Origin: a virus
Reading direction: 5' to 3' (one strand)
IMG/VR virus record: IMGVR_UViG_2716884766_000001
Coordinates: 60,504 to 124,503 of that record
Length of the DNA: 64,000 bases
The number at the start of each line of letters is the position of its first letter. Within the stretch, counting starts at the first letter, position 1. Of the stretch, positions 28,248-38,478 are shown one piece after another. The translations under genes were made by a program, and so were the position numbers. The notes under the pieces are model-generated. The model had not been told where the DNA came from, ran no database searches, and saw only the letters and a list, made by a program, of their open reading frames with translations.

Positions 28248-29583
28248 TGAAAATCTTTGGAATCACACCGCCAGGAAATAGTCCACCTAACTTATTTGCT
28301 TCTGATAATACTTTTTGTGTGTCTGAACTAGGAGTTGGTAGTGTAGTAAGGAATCCTTTAGTGATGCCAAGCATCATAGCACCTACTTCCTTGAATAGAC
28401 TAGACATTACCTTACCCATCTTAGAGTGAGGTATAACCAGTTCTCCTTCACCACCTTCACCGATTAACGCTTTAGTAGGACGTGTGACTTGTCCACCTTC
28501 TGAGAAAGGGAGTACTCCCTTCTGACTCTTGCCACTATAAGTGCCAGTATTTTCATCAAATGCTGCGTATGGATCTTGTCCACTAAGAACTTGAACAAGT
28601 TCAAATATTGTCAATCCCCATCCCGCAATCTGTGAGACAACTTGAGCGATAGCTGGAACAGCAGCACCTACACCAGTGACAGATGCAGGAGCAGTTCCTA
28701 GAGTTGTTGCGTCAGCACCCATGTCTAGAGCAGCAAGAGCAGTGCCGAGCCATCCTTTCCAACCACCTATTTTCTGATAACGAACCATATCATTAGCTGA
28801 CAGTGCCATACTTGCTACTGGAATTGCTCGTCCAGAACCTTTCGCCATAACTTTGGAAAGGTTCTTGAACATCTTAGAGTTCTTTAGAGTTTTAACTACT
28901 GACTTCGCATTATCAACCATCATTGGTGCTTTCTTCCACAAGTCTTTTATCCTCTTGATGCCACCGTCCATCATGGCACCGCTGACATTTTTGACTCTAG
29001 TAGCACCTCCAACTATTTTCTTCTTCAAGAAACTTCCTGCACTGGTTAATTTCTTACCCGCATAGTTGATGCCCTGCATCCCTTTTTTTGCTATCCACTT
29101 TCCACCTTGTTTTACTTTATTTCCAGCTGCTATACCTTTATCTTTTATCTTATTTCCAATTCTTGCTATATTTCTAGGATTAAGAAACTTAAGCGGACCT
29201 CTATATACTGCTTTCTTTCCTAAAGCAGGTGCACCACCAAGTCTTAATGCTCTCGCTCTTATACCACGAGCAAATCTACCTATCTTACTGCCCTTACCGA
29301 AACTTTTAAACCTAAGTCTCTTCTTTTTCTTAAGGAATCTTCTATTTCTGGGTATACCAAAACCACCACCATCACCACCGTCTGCGTCTCTATCCCTCTT
29401 TCTTCCACCAACTACAACTCTTTGCTGTAGCAAGTTCGTCATTATGAAGAACTTCTTTCTATTCCTGAGATAGTCGATGTACTCCATCTCAGTGTCGAGC
29501 ATATTCTTGGCTGTACGAGTCATCTTACCTGATACAGGTAAGAGTTTAACTCCTAACATCTTAGAGATAGCACGACGATTCAT
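28225..29583 (-). CDS. tape-measure-like / baseplate hub protein
   Basis: Basic Gly/Lys/Ala-rich helical region; FSEGGQVTRPTKALIGEGGEGELVIP motif seen in tape measures. Confidence 0.6.
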   Translation of the reverse strand: MNRRAISKMLGVKLLPVSGKMTRTAKNMLDTEMEYIDYLRNRKKFFIMTNLLQQRVVVGGRKRDRDADGGDGGGFGIPRNRRFLKKKKRLRFKSFGKGSKIGRFARGIRARALRLGGAPALGKKAVYRGPLKFLNPRNIARIGNKIKDKGIAAGNKVKQGGKWIAKKGMQGINYAGKKLTSAGSFLKKKIVGGATRVKNVSGAMMDGGIKRIKDLWKKAPMMVDNAKSVVKTLKNSKMFKNLSKVMAKGSGRAIPVASMALSANDMVRYQKIGGWKGWLGTALAALDMGADATTLGTAPASVTGVGAAVPAIAQVVSQIAGWGLTIFELVQVLSGQDPYAAFDENTGTYSGKSQKGVLPFSEGGQVTRPTKALIGEGGEGELVIPHSKMGKVMSSLFKEVGAMMLGITKGFLTTLPTPSSDTQKVLSEANKLGGLFPGGVIPKIFNGKKDYK

Positions 29584-29786
29584 CTTCTCTTACGTGATTG
29601 ACGTTCCTTTTCTATACGTTCCCTTTCATCGTTTAACCACTTAGAAAGCATATTGACGTAAATGTCACGCTCCCAAGGGATCATATTCTCTATGTCACTC
29701 AAGGTATATTTATGGTGTTGAACCAAGGCAAAATTCGTCTGATAGAACCTTGCTAACCCTTCTTGGAATAGGGCTATCCGAAAAAA
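29580..29786 (-). CDS. gp51: gp51-like baseplate hub assembly chaperone; no AUG ahead of the conserved core; probable -1 frameshift extension of gp26
   Basis: Manual translation FYQTNFALVQHHKYTLSDIENMIPWERDIYVNML; frame open from the T TTT TTC heptamer. Confidence 0.75.
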   Translation of the reverse strand, partial: FFRIALFQEGLARFYQTNFALVQHHKYTLSDIENMIPWERDIYVNMLSKWLNDERERIEKERQSRKRR

Positions 29787-30472
29787 TTGACTAATCCTTC
29801 GATGACACTAGAAGTTTTGACACCTGTGTTAGGATTAGTAACTGTAAGCTCATGGCGAAGAGTAGGCATAGTATCAAAGAACTTTTGGATACTTTCAAAC
29901 TGATCAGTAGTAAGTTGCTCAAGCCAGTCTTGAGCCTCTTTAGGTGTGAACGATCCACAATCTTCTTCTCCTTGGTAAACTCTGTCGATGCATGTAGATA
30001 CCAATTCATATGGATCTACCTCTTCCTCAGTGAAATTAATCTTTGTAAAGTATTCTAGGTTAGGATACTTCATCACCACTGTCACACTCTCGTTAACTTT
30101 GATTGTATTGTTATGTCCTTCTGGGAAGTTAACCTTAATCTGATCAACGGGAATAGTCACGGGGACTTTCGTCTTTGGATCATCTTCACATGGTACTTCT
30201 ATTTCAATGGTTTCTTGAATAGACCTACCACGTAGTTGTAAAAAGATATACTCAACGTCAAAGATAGACAAGTCATCCATCTTAAATCTAGTATTGATAC
30301 AACTCTTAAATATAGTCTTTATTGCTTCTAGTATCTGTGAGGTATTGTTTTCCTCTAATGCTAGGATCAGAACCTTCTGTTCTTTAACTAAAAAGGGGCG
30401 ATATTTTAGTTTCTTTTTGGTTGATGGTACTACCAACTCATACGTTGGCGTAACAAGTTCAGGTAATGGCAT
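29774..30472 (-). CDS. gp26: baseplate hub assembly chaperone gp26
   Basis: MPLP..TPTYEL..PS..K.KYRPFLVKEQK.L...DVEYIFLQLR..S...FFDTMP...IEGL.NFF. Confidence 0.85.
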   Translation of the reverse strand: MPLPELVTPTYELVVPSTKKKLKYRPFLVKEQKVLILALEENNTSQILEAIKTIFKSCINTRFKMDDLSIFDVEYIFLQLRGRSIQETIEIEVPCEDDPKTKVPVTIPVDQIKVNFPEGHNNTIKVNESVTVVMKYPNLEYFTKINFTEEEVDPYELVSTCIDRVYQGEEDCGSFTPKEAQDWLEQLTTDQFESIQKFFDTMPTLRHELTVTNPNTGVKTSSVIEGLVNFFG

Positions 30473-30499
30473 AATAAGTTAGTCAGTATATATTATATA

Positions 30500-31192
30500 T
30501 CAAGCTTCTACAGAGATACTTTTTGAGCCAGCATCTAGTAATTCAGAGTACTCATAGTACATACCTACGCTTAGTTTAACAACTCCTGATCCACCAGAAC
30601 TATATGGTATAGATGAAACCATATATGGATAAGAGTTAATTAGTTTTACTGTCCACACATGGTACTGCTCGTTTGAATTATTTGTTGTTACTGCCCCTCC
30701 TGCTTGTGGATCATACTTTTCAAACTTCTTGATTATAGTATCACATACGTATGACTTATAGTAGTGCTGTACATATGCTCTGTCATATACTCTACCTTGA
30801 GCAACAAAGTCTATGTTAGCAGGATTACCTGTTATAAAATCTTGCCATCCTCTGAAAAATTTATATGCTTCTGACTGAATATCAAGTATAAACGACATAT
30901 CCATCTCATTGAACACCTTTGCCATAGCTGGTTTCATGTTGATACCTTTATGTATTCCCTTGACATCCTGAGACACCATTGATACACCTGGTATCTGGAT
31001 CTCGTTTGCCATATCAACCATCAACTTATTAAAGGAGTTGTTTTTGACTCCATATGATTCTAACCACTTAGCTAATTCGCCATTGACTCCCGCAGGATCA
31101 ATACCGAACTGCAGATCATATTGGTTAGTAGAGGACGGACCTCCACTGAACTTTAGATCAGTTAAAAATTTTGTAACGCTCTTCAGTGCCAT
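30500..31192 (-). CDS. tail-tube initiator-like protein (gp54/gp19 fold)
   Basis: IQIPG, FFRGWQD, VKLINSYP, VKLSVGMYYE; position in the baseplate cluster. Confidence 0.6.
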   Translation of the reverse strand: MALKSVTKFLTDLKFSGGPSSTNQYDLQFGIDPAGVNGELAKWLESYGVKNNSFNKLMVDMANEIQIPGVSMVSQDVKGIHKGINMKPAMAKVFNEMDMSFILDIQSEAYKFFRGWQDFITGNPANIDFVAQGRVYDRAYVQHYYKSYVCDTIIKKFEKYDPQAGGAVTTNNSNEQYHVWTVKLINSYPYMVSSIPYSSGGSGVVKLSVGMYYEYSELLDAGSKSISVEA

Positions 31193-31226
31193 AAATACAC
31201 TACATGGGGTGGTATTTTTATTTATG
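31190..31226. promoter_or_regulatory. pair of crossed late promoters (CATAAATA on each strand)
   Basis: +31190-31197 and -31226-31219; each overlaps the opposite gene's start codon. Confidence 0.55.
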
Positions 31227-31697
31227 TCTCTAAAACAAGGAAAGTTCAAACCCAAGAACTATAAGAAATATAAAGGGGATCCAACTAACGTATTTTACAG
31301 GTCTGGTTGGGAACTTAAGTTCATGAACTGGTGTGATAGTGACAGATCAGTGCTTAGTTGGTCATCGGAAGAGATAATAATTCCATACAAATGTCCTACC
31401 GATAACAGAGTACACAGGTATTTCCCAGACTTCTGGGTTAAGATACAGGAGTCAACAGGAGTTAAACAGTATCTTGTAGAGGTCAAACCTCTAAAACAGA
31501 CACAAGTACCCAAACCTCAGAAACGTCAAACCCAAAGGTATCTAACGGAGGTTATGACCTATGCTAAAAACGATGCAAAGTGGAGGGCAGCTCAGGAATT
31601 CTGCGACGACAGAGGATGGAAGTTCAGACTCATCACAGAACGAGAACTCAGAATTAACTACACTGCTCCTAAACCTAAAAGGAAGCAAGGTAAGTAG
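31224..31697 (+). CDS. gp4: head completion nuclease gp4
   Basis: GKFKPKN.KKYKGDPTN..YRS.WE..FM.WCD...WSSEE...HRYFPDF...EVKP..QT. Confidence 0.9.
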   Translation: MSLKQGKFKPKNYKKYKGDPTNVFYRSGWELKFMNWCDSDRSVLSWSSEEIIIPYKCPTDNRVHRYFPDFWVKIQESTGVKQYLVEVKPLKQTQVPKPQKRQTQRYLTEVMTYAKNDAKWRAAQEFCDDRGWKFRLITERELRINYTAPKPKRKQGK

Positions 31698-32055
31698 AGG
31701 TCAACTGAGAGAAAAAATATTTGAAGCACTCTACGACAATGCCACAGAACAACCAGAGGTAGGTAAGTGGTATTTCTTTGAATATGACCCGAAATGGAAA
31801 GATATATTAAAGGTATGGGATGAGTACCCATTAATAAAACTCATGGAAATTAAAAGCGATAGACTACTTGGTGCGAATATACATTACCTTAAACCAAGAG
31901 CTAGGTTAGGGTCACTAAATAGTCAGGAAGCCCCTATGTCTACGCTTCACTACTATATACCTAAGAATGCCGACAACCTTTTCTTCGAGGTCGGTGAAGA
32001 AGATGTCGCAGCAATGAGTCAATTACCACTAGAAAAATTTCATAGACAGAGATGA
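31561..32055 (+). CDS. gp2: DNA end protector gp2-like protein (start uncertain)
   Basis: GKWYFFEYDPK.K..L..WDEYPL...GANIHYL. Confidence 0.7.
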   Translation: MLKTMQSGGQLRNSATTEDGSSDSSQNENSELTTLLLNLKGSKVSRGQLREKIFEALYDNATEQPEVGKWYFFEYDPKWKDILKVWDEYPLIKLMEIKSDRLLGANIHYLKPRARLGSLNSQEAPMSTLHYYIPKNADNLFFEVGEEDVAAMSQLPLEKFHRQR

Positions 32056-33266
32056 ATAAATATAAAAAAATCTATGGAAGTGGAGCATCCTATCCAGTAG
32101 GAGTGTCTAATATTAGATATGCATCCTACTTAGAGATAACAAAATATAAGTATAACTCAGGATTGAAAGCAGCCTATGACAATGGTCAGAGAGACGTTGC
32201 TGCTTCATTTGGTCAGAACTCTATTGTTCAGGCTGCTAGAAAAGTTGTTAATGAATCAGGTAAAGGATTATTTGGAGGTCTTGATGAGACTGACTATGAC
32301 CTATCCAAATTAAATGCTGATATAATAAAGGATATAAAGGAAAGCGATGCTTTCAATAAAGAAGAGAGAAAACAGATAAGAAAAAACATAGCAAACGGAG
32401 ACTATAGTCATATATTTAAAGATGGCAATGAAATTACATTACAAAATGGTGATGTAATTAAAAACGCAGAACAATTACAAGCAATTAAAAGGGAAGCAAA
32501 GTCAGCAATAGGTCAAGAGTCTGCTATCTTTAACTTACCCATGCCTCAAGAGTTTAGTTACAACTACAGTGCTGACTGGTCTAATGAGTTCAAGATGGGA
32601 ACCATGGCTAGACTCATGGATGACTTCGCAGGAGGTCTAGGTCAGATGGTTACAACAGGAGCATTCTCGGTAGGAACTGAACTAGCAAATATAACAGGAA
32701 AACTTGCTGTAGGAGGTTTTGCTGAAGGTGCTGGCTTTGATGGAGGAAGATTTGAAAATGTGATTGGAGCAGCATTTAAAGGAGCAACTAACCCACTAGG
32801 TAGTACTGACGCATTAGATATTAATAGAATGTTAGGACTGGCTGGACTAGCACCTAATGAGAATGCTATTAACTTCTTTAAGAAGATGCAGAACAGAAAG
32901 TTCACTGTATCATTTGACTTCTTTGCTCGTAGTCCAGAGGAAGGAACTAATATAGATGAGATCATATACGCATTCAAAGGAGGAATGCATCCATCAGCAA
33001 GTCAAAAAGGAACTGGTGGAGTTCTTGGTTTCCCAGACTTATTCGTTCTTAAACCAATGTTTGTTGAAGCAGATCAGACTAAGATTAGACATCCAATGAT
33101 GCCTAAGTCTAAGATGTGTGCTTTGACTGACCTACAGATAAATACTACACCATCAAATAACTTTGTAACAACCAAAGATGGTAAGATCCCATTACAGTCA
33201 GTTACAATGATGTTTGAAGAGATAACAGCAATGACTCAATCAGATATAAAGGCAGGAGATTTCTAA
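32052..33266 (+). CDS. gp48: baseplate tail-tube cap gp48
   Basis: LPMP..YSADW, RKFTVSFDFFARSPEE, CALTDLQIN, FEEI. Confidence 0.75.
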   Translation: MNKYKKIYGSGASYPVGVSNIRYASYLEITKYKYNSGLKAAYDNGQRDVAASFGQNSIVQAARKVVNESGKGLFGGLDETDYDLSKLNADIIKDIKESDAFNKEERKQIRKNIANGDYSHIFKDGNEITLQNGDVIKNAEQLQAIKREAKSAIGQESAIFNLPMPQEFSYNYSADWSNEFKMGTMARLMDDFAGGLGQMVTTGAFSVGTELANITGKLAVGGFAEGAGFDGGRFENVIGAAFKGATNPLGSTDALDINRMLGLAGLAPNENAINFFKKMQNRKFTVSFDFFARSPEEGTNIDEIIYAFKGGMHPSASQKGTGGVLGFPDLFVLKPMFVEADQTKIRHPMMPKSKMCALTDLQINTTPSNNFVTTKDGKIPLQSVTMMFEEITAMTQSDIKAGDF

Positions 33267-33892
33267 TGTTATTTCAAAGAGGACCTAATGTCCTATACAA
33301 CTATACAGATAAACACCTAGATCCCAAGGTTTATACCGCAGCAAATCTATGGAGAAGGAATGACATCAAAGATGATTATCTTTCTTCTCTTGTCCTTATG
33401 GATGAATATCTAATAAGATCTGGTGACACTCCTGAGTCAGTATCATTTGACTTCTATGGGAGAGTAGATTTTGGGTGGTGTATAATGGTAGCAAATGATA
33501 TTACTAGCTATCATGACCAGTGGCCAAGAACATCTACAGCATTGAGTGACTATGTTTATGCTAAGTATGAAAATCCTGCTGCTGTGATGATGTATGAAAC
33601 TACTGAAGTTACAGATGCTTTAGGTCGTAAGATTGTTAAAGCAGGACTCAGAGTTCCATCTAACTATCAGGTCACATACTATGATGGCACAGCGTCTGCG
33701 GGTGTAACTGTCAATCCAGTATCACCAGTGACATACTATCAATATGAAGAGAGATTGAATAGTGAGAAAGAAAAAATAAACGTAATAAAACCCGCCTACA
33801 TAGAGGAGTTCGTAAGAGTTTACGTCTCGTCTCTACATCGGGCGGGTTCAACCGTTATTGGTCAGAGTAAAGCTGATATTAAAATAGACTAA
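33266..33892 (+). CDS. gp53: baseplate wedge subunit gp53
   Basis: YLIRSGDTPESVSFDFYG...W.I..ANDI...WP; YQYEERLN..K..I. Confidence 0.85.
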   Translation: MLFQRGPNVLYNYTDKHLDPKVYTAANLWRRNDIKDDYLSSLVLMDEYLIRSGDTPESVSFDFYGRVDFGWCIMVANDITSYHDQWPRTSTALSDYVYAKYENPAAVMMYETTEVTDALGRKIVKAGLRVPSNYQVTYYDGTASAGVTVNPVSPVTYYQYEERLNSEKEKINVIKPAYIEEFVRVYVSSLHRAGSTVIGQSKADIKID

Positions 33893-34689
33893 GGATTAAA
33901 TCCTACACCAGGATCAAAGTCACCAAAGTCGACAGTTCCCTGTGTCTCAGGTGTGTCGATGGTATAAGTAAATCCATCATCTATTCCTGTAGGAAAGTCA
34001 TAAGATAGACCATCTAATCTATCCATATCGCCACCGACTCTTTCACTAGAGAAGGTGGTTTTGTGGTCTTCATCGAAGATTTTTAATCCTGCGTCTGTTA
34101 ACACATGATCGTACATCTTAGTGAATACCTTTGGAGGTATGGTACAAATATGAGCACCATTCCAGAATGCGAGTGTAACCTTAGCAACGTCACGAATAGA
34201 TGCTGCTAATACCTCAGTATAGATACCATGCTTCTTGTAGATATCAACTATAGAACGAACAACTTCTACACCTGAGTGAGAGTTATCTTCTAGTCTACCA
34301 ACGAAAGGTGAGACATATGCTGCCCCTGCCTTTGCTGCTAGGATTGCTTGTGCTGTGCTGAATATAAGTGTTACGTTTACTCTAATTAATTCTTTTGAAA
34401 GAGTGTGACAAGCAAGGAGTCCGTCTGGTGTACACGGAACCTTGATTGTCGCACAGTCACCAAACTTTGCTTTCAATCTACGACCTTCGTTGATCATAGT
34501 TTCAGCATTGCCTACGACTTCCATAGAGATATCACCGATTCCCATGTCCTTGAGTTTTTGGTACACCTTTTCTGGGTGTCTGCCACTCTTCATAATAAGG
34601 GTAGGGTTGGTTGTTACACCATCAATAAGACCTGTTTCGTATGCGTCTTTAATCGCCCATACGTCAGCGGAATCAATGAAGATCTTCAT
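33889..34689 (-). CDS. talC: transaldolase TalC with acidic C-terminal extension
   Basis: GVTTNPTL, IKVP, NVTLIFS, YVSPFVGR, LAASIR. Confidence 0.95.
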   Translation of the reverse strand: MKIFIDSADVWAIKDAYETGLIDGVTTNPTLIMKSGRHPEKVYQKLKDMGIGDISMEVVGNAETMINEGRRLKAKFGDCATIKVPCTPDGLLACHTLSKELIRVNVTLIFSTAQAILAAKAGAAYVSPFVGRLEDNSHSGVEVVRSIVDIYKKHGIYTEVLAASIRDVAKVTLAFWNGAHICTIPPKVFTKMYDHVLTDAGLKIFDEDHKTTFSSERVGGDMDRLDGLSYDFPTGIDDGFTYTIDTPETQGTVDFGDFDPGVGFNP

Positions 34690-34691
34690 AG

Positions 34692-35597
34692 TTATTCGTT
34701 AGCAAGTTTAGCAAAGTAGGATAATGCGTCATCTTCTTCTTCTACTGGAGCAGATGCCGACTTGAAGGATGGAGCTGCGGATGCTGCTATCTCAGTAGCA
34801 CCTTTTACCTCTCTATATTTTCCTTCTGACTCATCTTCCAACTCAGCGTCTGGTATTCTGCGAGTTGGTTGAGTACTAAGAACTGTCTGTAGACGAGTAT
34901 CTAACTCTTCAAAAGTTTTAAACTTATCAGGAGCAGTAAAGTCAGTAAGACTATACTGTTGCTTCCAAAGAGTTTCTAACTCTGAATCACTAAATCCCTT
35001 AAGTGTGCTTGGTTCAGCAAACTCAGACTTGTCGTAGTTCCAATAACCTTCTACCTTTCTGATCTTCACCTTGAAGTCAGCACCCTTCCAGAAATCGAAT
35101 GGGTTGATAGGGGTCTCATCAGCAAATGCAGGTTGCATTGCTTCGGTAAGTTTGTCAAAAATTTTCTTACCATACTTATAAAGGAATACTCTTCCTTCGT
35201 TCTGTGGATTAGCAGGGTCTTGTAAGACGTAGATATTACTGTAGTAAGATAACTTACGTTTTTGCTTACGAGCAATTTCTTTGTCAGCGTCACTACCGCT
35301 ATTCCATAATGTCCTATTAAGATCCGATACTGGATCCTTCTTGCCTAAAGTTGTGAGAGAGTTCTCAATATACCATCCACCAGGACCTTGGAAGGCATGA
35401 CTCCAAACTTGTGCCCATGGAAGGTCTTCTCCATCGGGTGCGGGTAGGAATCTGATTACTGCGTAACCATTGCCCGCTTTGTCTACTTCTGGTTTCCAAA
35501 GACGCTCGTCGGCACCTCTGACCTCGGTCTTGTTTAGTGACTCTGCCTTAGAAAGCAGATCAGTATAACTTGACTTTTTAAGTGAAGCAAAAGACAT
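34692..35597 (-). CDS. gp32: single-stranded DNA-binding protein gp32
   Basis: DKAGNGYAVIRFLP, WYIENS, YGKKIFDK, NYDKSEF, acidic tail. Confidence 0.97.
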   Translation of the reverse strand: MSFASLKKSSYTDLLSKAESLNKTEVRGADERLWKPEVDKAGNGYAVIRFLPAPDGEDLPWAQVWSHAFQGPGGWYIENSLTTLGKKDPVSDLNRTLWNSGSDADKEIARKQKRKLSYYSNIYVLQDPANPQNEGRVFLYKYGKKIFDKLTEAMQPAFADETPINPFDFWKGADFKVKIRKVEGYWNYDKSEFAEPSTLKGFSDSELETLWKQQYSLTDFTAPDKFKTFEELDTRLQTVLSTQPTRRIPDAELEDESEGKYREVKGATEIAASAAPSFKSASAPVEEEDDALSYFAKLANE

Positions 35598-35641
35598 TGT
35601 ATTCTCCGTATTGTTTGTATTGTACTGTGTAGTCGTACGTT

Positions 35642-36418
<777 letters not shown>

Positions 36419-36426
<8 letters not shown>

Positions 36427-36616
36427 AAATTCCGTAAGGTGTCAAATCATATTTTACCTTGGCAATGCCTTCATGTTTTTCACGTTTGGGTTGTCCTATC
36501 TTTGCTAGGATATCACCAGGTATTTTCTTTTTGGTTATGTCGTAAGGTATGGGTGCGTTTGCTACACATACCCTAACACATTCCCATTCTTCTTCAGTTA
36601 GTTCAATGTGGGTCAT
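36419..36616 (-). CDS. hypothetical protein
   Basis: ORF track. Confidence 0.65.
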
Positions 36617-36677
36617 AATAACGAATGAGTGCTGCTGTTGCTACAATGAGAACAACAACAATAATAGTAGCGATCAC
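36603..36677 (-). CDS. 24-aa membrane peptide (MIATIIVVVLIVATAALIRYYDPH)
   Basis: GTGA overlap with the upstream stop; hydrophobic. Confidence 0.45.
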   Translation of the reverse strand: MIATIIVVVLIVATAALIRYYDPH

Positions 36678-37000
36678 TTTGCTGCCTCCAATTCTTCGAT
36701 CATTTTTTCTACCTGTTCCTTCAACTGGTTGTAGAAGGTGGTATTTACATGCTCAGGTTTCATACCTAACAATGTTGCTGCTTCACGAACCTGTGCCAGA
36801 ATACGTTTTGCTTCTGGTCTGTCAGATAGAGTGACACGCATAAACATTGTCTGTTGTAAGTCTATGAGTTCTAACAGTTTGATCAGTTGTTGAATCTTCT
36901 GGTCTACTGTCAGTATAATCCCCATACGATTGATGTCAACGTATAGGTCTTGCATTCTTTTTAATTCGTCCTGAACTACGTCAGACTCGAAGAATTTCAT
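36674..37000 (-). CDS. conserved cyanobacterial/cyanophage protein (DUF1825-like)
   Basis: FFESDVVQ.E...R.TLSD.P.A motif. Confidence 0.7.
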   Translation of the reverse strand: MKFFESDVVQDELKRMQDLYVDINRMGIILTVDQKIQQLIKLLELIDLQQTMFMRVTLSDRPEAKRILAQVREAATLLGMKPEHVNTTFYNQLKEQVEKMIEELEAAK

Positions 37001-37566
37001 AGGTAGAGCTCCTTGAGTATTTTACGGTGCTTATCGGTAGATGTCTTTAGTAAAGGTTCATACTTCGTGATCTTAGATTTAGCATCTTGCCAAACTGGAT
37101 CTGTAGCAGTCACACTTTTACAGAACTCAAACATCTTTTCCATTATAACCACCGACTCTAATTGTATTTTACCACCCATCCACAATTTAATCAAGGTCGG
37201 GTGTGGTTTGCCAATGAATAGGTCATTAAAGTCATTACATGACTCTTTCATTATACGTGCGTCGCTCTGGAAAATATATGATAAGGACTGTAGTTTTCTT
37301 ATATAGTCGAGATAGTTCTTTTCTCCATTGGCGGTCATCGCACCAATCCACTCACTATTCTCTTGTACAAAATTTGCCAGATAGAATCTTGCTAACTCCT
37401 CCTCATTATATTTACGTGATAGTTTTATAAAGAAATATTTGTCCTTCCTCTTGTCATATGTTTCTTGCTTTGCCTTAGCGAATTGATTCCTTCCGAAATC
37501 GTAGGTTTTAGTCTTAAAATGATTACGCATGGCAAGATACATGCGATAAGCATCATAACCCTTCAC
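36997..37566 (-). CDS. gp59: helicase loader gp59
   Basis: Y.MYLAM.NHF...YD, KRKDKYFF.KLS; position next to gp33. Confidence 0.85.
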   Translation of the reverse strand: MKGYDAYRMYLAMRNHFKTKTYDFGRNQFAKAKQETYDKRKDKYFFIKLSRKYNEEELARFYLANFVQENSEWIGAMTANGEKNYLDYIRKLQSLSYIFQSDARIMKESCNDFNDLFIGKPHPTLIKLWMGGKIQLESVVIMEKMFEFCKSVTATDPVWQDAKSKITKYEPLLKTSTDKHRKILKELYL

Positions 37567-37823
37567 AGTGCTAAAAATCCTCTGCTCCCCTTCTTGATGA
37601 AATTTAACTTTTGTGCTTCGTACTTAAGCTTCTCCTTAAGTGGTTTGTTGATTAATTTATTTACCCCTTCTATCTCAATAGATTTCTCTTCGCAATACAT
37701 TACTATTGCTTCAATATAATTAAGTGATCCATCTTTGACGATGTTCTCAATCTCAAGCGAAAACTTGCTCGCAGTCATAAAATTTTCCTCTAGGGCATCA
37801 TTTAGTTTTTTACCAGTCGCCAT
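37563..37823 (-). CDS. gp33: late transcription coactivator gp33
   Basis: FS.EIE...YIEAIV.YCE...KPLKEKLK.EA..LN. Confidence 0.9.
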   Translation of the reverse strand: MATGKKLNDALEENFMTASKFSLEIENIVKDGSLNYIEAIVMYCEEKSIEIEGVNKLINKPLKEKLKYEAQKLNFIKKGSRGFLAL

Positions 37824-38478
37824 GTTGATCCTTGTAGTAGTCTATGTACTCTTTTAGTTTGGGTACGTACGTTAGAATGTCTTTCTTGACAAAGACTTGT
37901 GGAGTTCCAGTTTCCACAGCGATGATGGTTACAAGTTGTTTTACCTTTAAACCTGTAAGTTCTTGAAACATTATAGCATAAGCGGTTTCTTGTGAGAAGT
38001 AATCTTGTATCCACTCCTCACGCTTGAACTTAGTTGACGTTTTAAAATCTATAATCGCTAGTTCGTTATCATATTCAGCAATACAGTCGACTCGTCCTGC
38101 GAGTTTCAGTGTGTGAGAATATAGAGATTCTTCTAGTGCGTGTATATTATTTATCTTGTCAATATAAGGTCGTATTTGGTGGAACAATCCTAATGATAGC
38201 ACGTCATCCCTGTATCTGTCTAGGGGTTTGTTACTTAAATAATCTTCTGCTAACTTATGACATTTGTTGCCACGTGTAGTCGCACGTTTAGATATAGCAT
38301 TAGCTTCTTCCTCTCCTACCTTACGTCTCCATTCCATGATGGATTTTTTCTTCTTCTCACCAATGACAGTTGTGACGGAAGGGTAGGCATTACCCTCAAC
38401 GAAGTAACGTCTACCCTTCTCTGTTGTCTTTGCTTTTAAGTTTGGAAAATTATGTATATTAAGATGCTTAAAGTCCAA
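37810..38478 (-). CDS. PD-(D/E)XK exonuclease (T4-like cyanophage core)
   Basis: YPSVTTV, RG..CH, AGRVDCI, IIDFKTS, Q.TAY. Confidence 0.85.
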   Translation of the reverse strand: MDFKHLNIHNFPNLKAKTTEKGRRYFVEGNAYPSVTTVIGEKKKKSIMEWRRKVGEEEANAISKRATTRGNKCHKLAEDYLSNKPLDRYRDDVLSLGLFHQIRPYIDKINNIHALEESLYSHTLKLAGRVDCIAEYDNELAIIDFKTSTKFKREEWIQDYFSQETAYAIMFQELTGLKVKQLVTIIAVETGTPQVFVKKDILTYVPKLKEYIDYYKDQHGDW

